From IMG/VR virus record IMGVR_UViG_3300033233_001970: DNA of 64,000 nucleotides. One strand, written 5' to 3'. The notes beneath the pieces were generated by a model, which worked only from the letters and a program-made list of their open reading frames with translations, ran no database searches and was not told the origin of the DNA. Source of the stretch: a virus (taxonomy: Duplodnaviria > Caudoviricetes). Positions 58,825-64,000 of the stretch are shown piece after piece (position 1 is the stretch's first letter; every line of letters begins with the position of its first letter). Both the position numbers and the translations under genes were made by a program.

Positions 58825-60729
58825 GTGATGGAAGCAGAAGATGTGGAAGTGGAAGAGAACGTCGAAATCAGCGCTGGCCGTACCCGCGTCTACAAGTACG
58901 GTCTCCTTGCGCCTACCGTGAATACCAAGATCGTCGAAGCGCAGATGCGGCTCGCGCACAACTATCGCAATACGCTTGTCGAGATCGAGCGTGGGCGTCG
59001 CAATGCGCAGCGTTCTGTGCTTGCGAAATTCGATCTCTCCGGAAAGGAACAGGCGGTTCTGGCCACAAGAGCGGAGCTCGAAGCTGCCTTGCTCGCGGTG
59101 CGCGTTGCGCGTGCAGCCTCAAGATCACGTTCCGAGACCGAAGATATGCGTGATCGGGTCAAGGCGGCGAGAAAATCACACAAAGAATCGACGAAGGCTC
59201 TCGCGATCGAGCGCAAAGCGCTCCGCGCGGACACCCAAGTTCAGCTCGAGATCGACGTCATCAACGATCGTGCGGCTGAATTGCGCCGCAGCGCGCGTGC
59301 GTTTTCGGGCCTCGGAGAAATGGGGCCTCACTTCGGTGCGTGGGGCACCTATTTGCTGATCGAAGCCGCCGACATGGCAGCGCGAAAAGCTCCATTCTTC
59401 AAGGATTCGGAGCCCAACGACCCGAGATTCGTTCGATTCGAGGGCGAAGGTCAGGTGAGCGTACAGCTTCAAGGCGGCATGAGCGTCGAGGATCTTTTCA
59501 GCGGCTTCCATGCACGCGCACGTGTCGACGCCGTAAACGAAAATGCGTGGTTCGCGAAGAAGCGCGGAGACCGCAGGCGCGCCTCGCGCACGATGCTGTC
59601 GCTTCGGGTCGCCTCCGAAGGTCGCGATCCCGTGTGGGCGACGTGGCCGATGATCATGCACAGACCGATTCCAGAAGGCGCGAGTATTCAACGCATCACC
59701 GTGAGCCGTCGAAAGTACGGCCCGCGTGAAGAATGGTCGGTCGATTTCACACTGAAACTCTCCGACAAGACTCCGGCACGCACAAAATGCGGGCAATCGG
59801 GCGTGGTGACGATCGATCTCGGGTGGCGAACGATCGGCAACGAGATCCGTGTCGCTGCGTGGCGCGACGATCAAGGAAAACATGGTGAGCTACGCCTCGA
59901 CGCGCGTGCTGTTTCGGGATTGAAGAAGCCGGACGAGCTCCGATCGCTTCGTGACGAAAAGTTCAACTTTGCGCGGGCTGCTCTCATCGAAATATTGGGA
60001 AAGGTAACCATTCCCGATTGGCTTCGAGAGGAGATTTCACACATCGCGCAATGGCGCTCGCAGGCGCGACTCGCAGCGCTCGCTCGAAAGTGGAGCGATC
60101 GTCACTTCGAAGGTGACGACGAGGCGTACGCGATGATCGAAACATGGCGCTACCGCGACCACCATCTGTGGGAATACGAATCTGGACAGCGCATCGGTTC
60201 GTTGCGGCATCGGCGCGAGATCTATCGACGCTTCGCCGCCGAGCTCGGGCGGAAGTACAAGACACTTCTTCTCGAGGATTTCGACCTGCGCGGGGTCGCG
60301 ACACGGGCACCGACCGAAGAAGGAGCAGAAAATCTCGTTGCTCGTCGGAACCGGCAACTCGCCGCCGTCAGTGAGCTTCGCGGCTGCCTCTGCAATGTTT
60401 TCGGCGAAGACGCGTTGAAGGTTTCTCCTGAAAATTCGACGCACATTTGCAACGCATGCGGAGCGGTCGAGGAGTTCGACGCAGCTTTGAAGATCGATCA
60501 CACGTGTTCGGCGTGCGGAGCGACGTGGGATCAGGACGACAACGCGACGATCGTGCTTTTCGAGAGGTGGCGCGCCGCGAAAAAGGCGGAAGCCGCTCGC
60601 GCGGCTGAAAATCCGAAGGATGCTAATGTGGTACGCGAATCAAGATGGGTTCGGGCAAAGAGAATGAAGGAGGCAAAAATCGAAAGACAGAACGCTGCTC
60701 GCAACAAGGATCCGAAAGACGAGGAATGA
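58825..60729 (+). CDS. cas12m: compact type V CRISPR effector, Cas12m/V-U1 (C2c4)-like
   Basis: QMRLAHNYRNTLVEIE, long REC coiled coil, RFEGEGQVSVQLQ, RuvC-I IDLGWR, QWRSQARLAALARKW, HRREIYRRFAA, RuvC-II LLEDFDL, Zn finger CNAC...CSAC, RuvC-III WDQDDNA; abuts CRISPR array. Confidence 0.85.
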   Translation: MMEAEDVEVEENVEISAGRTRVYKYGLLAPTVNTKIVEAQMRLAHNYRNTLVEIERGRRNAQRSVLAKFDLSGKEQAVLATRAELEAALLAVRVARAASRSRSETEDMRDRVKAARKSHKESTKALAIERKALRADTQVQLEIDVINDRAAELRRSARAFSGLGEMGPHFGAWGTYLLIEAADMAARKAPFFKDSEPNDPRFVRFEGEGQVSVQLQGGMSVEDLFSGFHARARVDAVNENAWFAKKRGDRRRASRTMLSLRVASEGRDPVWATWPMIMHRPIPEGASIQRITVSRRKYGPREEWSVDFTLKLSDKTPARTKCGQSGVVTIDLGWRTIGNEIRVAAWRDDQGKHGELRLDARAVSGLKKPDELRSLRDEKFNFARAALIEILGKVTIPDWLREEISHIAQWRSQARLAALARKWSDRHFEGDDEAYAMIETWRYRDHHLWEYESGQRIGSLRHRREIYRRFAAELGRKYKTLLLEDFDLRGVATRAPTEEGAENLVARRNRQLAAVSELRGCLCNVFGEDALKVSPENSTHICNACGAVEEFDAALKIDHTCSACGATWDQDDNATIVLFERWRAAKKAEAARAAENPKDANVVRESRWVRAKRMKEAKIERQNAARNKDPKDEE

Positions 60730-60748
60730 TTGGGGTTGTGGGAGACAA

Positions 60749-61920
60749 GTTGCAAAGGTTGCTCGACACCTGGGAGATCGAGACGTGCTACCGGTGAAGA
60801 CGATTTGGCGTCCGAAATCGTTGCAAAGGTTGCTCGACACCTGGGAGATCGAGACAGTTGGAGCGCGAGATCCGCGCCGTCGCATTGCGGAGTTGCAAAG
60901 GTTGCTCGACACCTGGGAGATCGAGACTACGTGAACACCGTGTGCTCGGAGCCACTCGGCGAGTTGCAAAGGTTGCTCGACACCTGGGAGATCGAGACAG
61001 CACCCAATTGATCGTCTGCGGCGTCGACGACGCGTTGCAAAGGTTGCTCGACACCTGGGAGATCGAGACAAATCCTCGGCGGCCCGCCTCGTCCTCCGCT
61101 ACCTCGTTGCAAAGGTTGCTCGACACCTGGGAGATCGAGACACGGCGAATGAGAAGACCGCCGCACGCGAGAGCGCGGTTGCAAAGGTTGCTCGACACCT
61201 GGGAGATCGAGACTCGGCGAAGCAACGTCAACGCGCCGCGATGCGCCGCGTTGCAAAGGTTGCTCGACACCTGGGAGATCGAGACGTGCTGACGGACGAC
61301 TTTCATTCGGCCGGACGAATCGTTGCAAAGGTTGCTCGACACCTGGGAGATCGAGACTCTCGCCGTTCGGATCGAGACGGTTGCTCGACACCTGGGAGAT
61401 CGAGACTGGTGCCAGAAGGGTTTACGGCGTCGCAAAGGTTGCTCGACACCTGGGAGATCGAGACATCCCGTTAGCGTGTGAAGCCTAAGGCGTCGCGCTG
61501 TTGCAAAGGTTGCTCGACACCTGGGAGATCGAGACGATGCCGATCAGTCGCGCGAGGACGCGACGTCGGCTGGTTGCAAAGGTTGCTCGACACCTGGGAG
61601 ATCGAGACTCTAGGTTGAGCTCAGCGATCTTCTCTTCGACTTCGGTTGCAAAGGTTGCTCGACACCTGGGAGATCGAGACAAGTACCCAACGAAGTACCA
61701 CCTCGCGCACGCCGGGCTGTTGCAAAGGTTGCTCGACACCTGGGAGATCGAGACAGGTAGGGGCGCAAAGGCCGCTGCCCGACGTCAAGGAGTTGCAAAG
61801 GTTGCTCGACACCTGGGAGATCGAGACCCGGCGCGCGGGTCGCACTACGGCGCCGCGTCGCATGTTGCAAAGGCCGCGTCGCATGTTGCAAAGGTTGCTC
61901 GACACCTTCTAGTTCGAGAC
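60749..61920 (+). CRISPR. CRISPR array, 36-nt repeat GTTGCAAAGGTTGCTCGACACCTGGGAGATCGAGAC, 17 repeats/16 spacers (mostly 35-38 nt)
   Basis: Repeats start at 60749, 60820, 60892, 60963, 61034, 61106, 61178, 61250, 61322, 61379 (5'-truncated), 61429, 61500, 61573, 61645, 61719, 61792, 61885 (variant); 3' stem CTCGA/TCGAG; degeneration at the right end implies + orientation. Confidence 0.98.
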
Positions 61921-61929
61921 GCGCTCGCC

Positions 61930-62396
61930 GGTTGCTCGACACCAGAAGATCGAGACAGCTTGAATCCCTGCGGTTCTTGCAAAGGTTGCTCGGCACCATT
62001 GAAGATCGAGACTTCACGATTCCCGAAAAGGCAGCTCGACGCCTTGAGCTCGAGACTTCTTTGCGGCCATTTCTCAAAGGTAGCTCGATACCTAGAAATT
62101 CGAGACGAGTCCCGTCTCCAGCAAAGGCTGCTCGACGCCTTCGAAGTCGAGATAGGAGAGCTTCGGAGTTGTAGAATCGTGACAGCAAAGGTAGCTCGAC
62201 GCCTTCGAAGTCGAGGACTACTACGACAACGGACCAGCGGCGGCTCGATGCCGTGAAATTCGAGACTAAGCCACTTGTAAAGGTAGCTCGACACCTTGAA
62301 GCTCGAGACTACATGGGCAGAATCGTAACGGCAGCTCGATGCCTAAAGATCGAGAATCGCCCTCGCAACGGCAGCTCGACGCCTAAAGATCGAGAC
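61930..62396 (+). CRISPR. degenerate repeat tail, ~10 variant repeats with short spacers
   Basis: Units of type AAGG(T/C)AGCTCGA(C/T)(A/G)CC-N5/6-TCGAGAC; stem kept, loop variable. Confidence 0.85.
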
Positions 62397-62411
62397 GGAC
62401 ATTAAAGCACC

Positions 62412-63020
62412 ATGAAATTCTCCGACATCAAACTTCTCTCCGTGGGCGACACGATCGGCATGGTCGGCGCCGTCTATCTCGACGAGAAAGAAGAGCAGCT
62501 CATCGTCTTCTTTTTTCCTGGCGAGTACGACGGCGCGCCGAGGCTCGGTCTCACCATCAAGCCCGAAGCCGTCGATATGACGGTCGAGGATTGGACGGCA
62601 TTTCTTCGTCAAACCGACTTGCTCGAGACGGAGATTCTCGCCAAGGAATCGAAAGAGAGTGCGACGTTCTACAAAGCGATCGTGCGCAAGAGTCAACGAA
62701 GTATCGATCAGATCGTGTCGTGGCGCGTCTACAAAAGAGATCAATACCGTTGTAGATATTGCGGCAACGACAACATCCCGCTCACGGTCGACCATCTGGT
62801 TCTTTGGGAAAAGGGCGGCCCAAGCACGGAGGCGAACCTTCTGAGTTGCTGCAAAAAATGCAACAAGGTTCGCGGCAACATGCCGTACGCGGAATGGCTC
62901 ACGCACGCGCACTATGCTCGTGTTTCGGCCAAGCTCGACGACACAACGAAGCGCGCGAACGAAGCGCTCGTCGCTACGCTCGACAAGATCCCGCTCAATG
63001 TGCACATCAAGTCGAGGTAA
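62412..63020 (+). CDS. HNH endonuclease with N-terminal extension
   Basis: VYKRDQYRCRYCG...LTVDHLVLWEKGGPSTEANLLSCCKKCNKVRG. Confidence 0.9.
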   Translation: MKFSDIKLLSVGDTIGMVGAVYLDEKEEQLIVFFFPGEYDGAPRLGLTIKPEAVDMTVEDWTAFLRQTDLLETEILAKESKESATFYKAIVRKSQRSIDQIVSWRVYKRDQYRCRYCGNDNIPLTVDHLVLWEKGGPSTEANLLSCCKKCNKVRGNMPYAEWLTHAHYARVSAKLDDTTKRANEALVATLDKIPLNVHIKSR

Positions 63021-63024
63021 CGCC

Positions 63025-63588
63025 ATGAAGCGTCATCGCCATCACGATCACGTCGGCGTCATCGACGTCCGCGCAATATGCCACGACTGCGGCGTCAAAG
63101 AGGGTGAGCTGCACCAACGCGGCTGCGACATGGAGAGATGCGCCTTCTGTGGTCGACAAGAGATTTCATGCGGATGTCCACTCAAACACTTCTACCCGTT
63201 CTACATTCGGCTTGGAGATCCTGGAAATACAGAACCTCCGCACTGGGAACCCGCTGACCGAGCTCATGCTCGAAAGTGCAAAAAGAAAGTGTGCACGAGA
63301 TGCGAACGTCTCGTCAGGGAAGGCAAGACGAATCACCTTCCGATGTCGGTTTACATGCACGGTCTCCCGCAGAAGCAAGAAAGAGAATGGGAAGCCATTC
63401 TTAAGGAGAAGGGCCGCGTACCGTGGATTCAATATCCTAATCTTTGTCGACGTTGCGGCGTGACGTGGCCAAAGATGTTTCGCGTGTCTGACGAGGAATG
63501 GGAAAAGTACATCGAGCCCGCGATGCGCGGACACATGATCTGCGGCTCTTGCTGGGATTGGATCAAGAAAGTGACCGACGCAACGTGA
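63025..63588 (+). CDS. Cys-rich zinc-binding phage protein
   Basis: CHDCGVKEGELHQRGCDMERCAFCGRQEISCGC; CRRCG; CGSC. Confidence 0.7.
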   Translation: MKRHRHHDHVGVIDVRAICHDCGVKEGELHQRGCDMERCAFCGRQEISCGCPLKHFYPFYIRLGDPGNTEPPHWEPADRAHARKCKKKVCTRCERLVREGKTNHLPMSVYMHGLPQKQEREWEAILKEKGRVPWIQYPNLCRRCGVTWPKMFRVSDEEWEKYIEPAMRGHMICGSCWDWIKKVTDAT

Positions 63589-63601
63589 GAGGAGAACACC
63601 G

Positions 63602-64000
63602 ATGGGAACGTGGGGAGTAGGTCCATTCGATCACGACGGCGGCGCAACCATGGTTCTTCGAATGATGAAGCCCATCGAGCGCGCCGTGTCGATCAAGAGC
63701 AATAGAGCCGCCGGTCGCTACTACCAAGACGCACGCTCGTCGATTCAAGTGCTCTTGTTGTCGCACGGAACGGACATCTTGGGCGGACCTGCACTCCTTC
63801 ACGCGCTGAAAGCGATGCAGCGCATGGTCGCCGACAAAGAGTGGCTCAACGAATGGGAAGACCCGTTCGAGATTCAGAAACAGGTCGTTTTGGAATTGAA
63901 CAAGGTCAAGCGAACGATCGCGAAGTGCGAACAGTGCCAAACCGAGATGCGTACGCAGACGCTTGGAATTTTCAGGAGCTCGCGTCCCGCGAAACGTCGG
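63602..64000 (+). CDS. DUF4259-like protein (partial, runs off window)
   Basis: GAGGAG RBS; MGTWGVGPFDHD start; WLNEWED. Confidence 0.55.
   Translation, partial: MGTWGVGPFDHDGGATMVLRMMKPIERAVSIKSNRAAGRYYQDARSSIQVLLLSHGTDILGGPALLHALKAMQRMVADKEWLNEWEDPFEIQKQVVLELNKVKRTIAKCEQCQTEMRTQTLGIFRSSRPAKRR

Noticed and set aside
58825-60729. IS605-family TnpB
   Set aside because: It is larger than typical TnpB, has Cas12m-like REC motifs, lacks tnpA or IS ends, and directly abuts a CRISPR array.
60640-62294. ORFs in the track spanning the CRISPR array
   Set aside because: They are translations of repeats (recurring VAKVARHLGDRD / LQRLLDTWEIET).
1-64000. tRNA, rRNA and virion structural genes
   Set aside because: No cloverleaf, rRNA signature, terminase, portal or capsid motifs were recognised by eye.

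Overview
This GC-rich window looks like the accessory/early region of a large phage or phage-like element. The host is probably myxobacterial (Polyangiales-like), judging from Cys-rich 'DAG' lipoproteins. There are no capsid, terminase, rRNA or tRNA genes and no host housekeeping operons. Layout: a short + strand block (1-3.8 kb: DnaQ-like exonuclease, VOC protein, PD-(D/E)XK nuclease); ~46 kb of small, tightly overlapping - strand ORFs behind a family of TTGACA-N17 promoters (lysozyme, NDT-NUDIX, nucleotidyltransferase, LAGLIDADG endonuclease, Ku, DUF6745-like repeat protein, J-domain protein, ATP-dependent DNA ligase, HicA, DUF2786, DUF932-like, SLOG, tyrosine recombinase); and a + strand block from 50.2 kb. 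That last block holds two RNA-guided systems within ~8 kb. (1) A nuclease-less Nop/IS110-C-terminal-domain protein (TasA-like, 55042-56187), flanked on both sides by a degenerate dual-repeat array of alternating 10-nt and 12-nt repeats with 8-nt spacers (~38-nt unit). This is a TIGR-Tas-like system with a non-canonical guide architecture and is the best candidate for an undescribed system. (2) A Cas12m-like (V-U1/V-M) effector with an apparently intact RuvC D-E-D triad. It is followed by a 36-nt-repeat CRISPR array, a hairpin-preserving degenerate tail with short spacers, and an HNH gene. All family assignments are from motif recognition by eye; no database searches were run. Several apparent single-base frameshifts suggest possible assembly indels.
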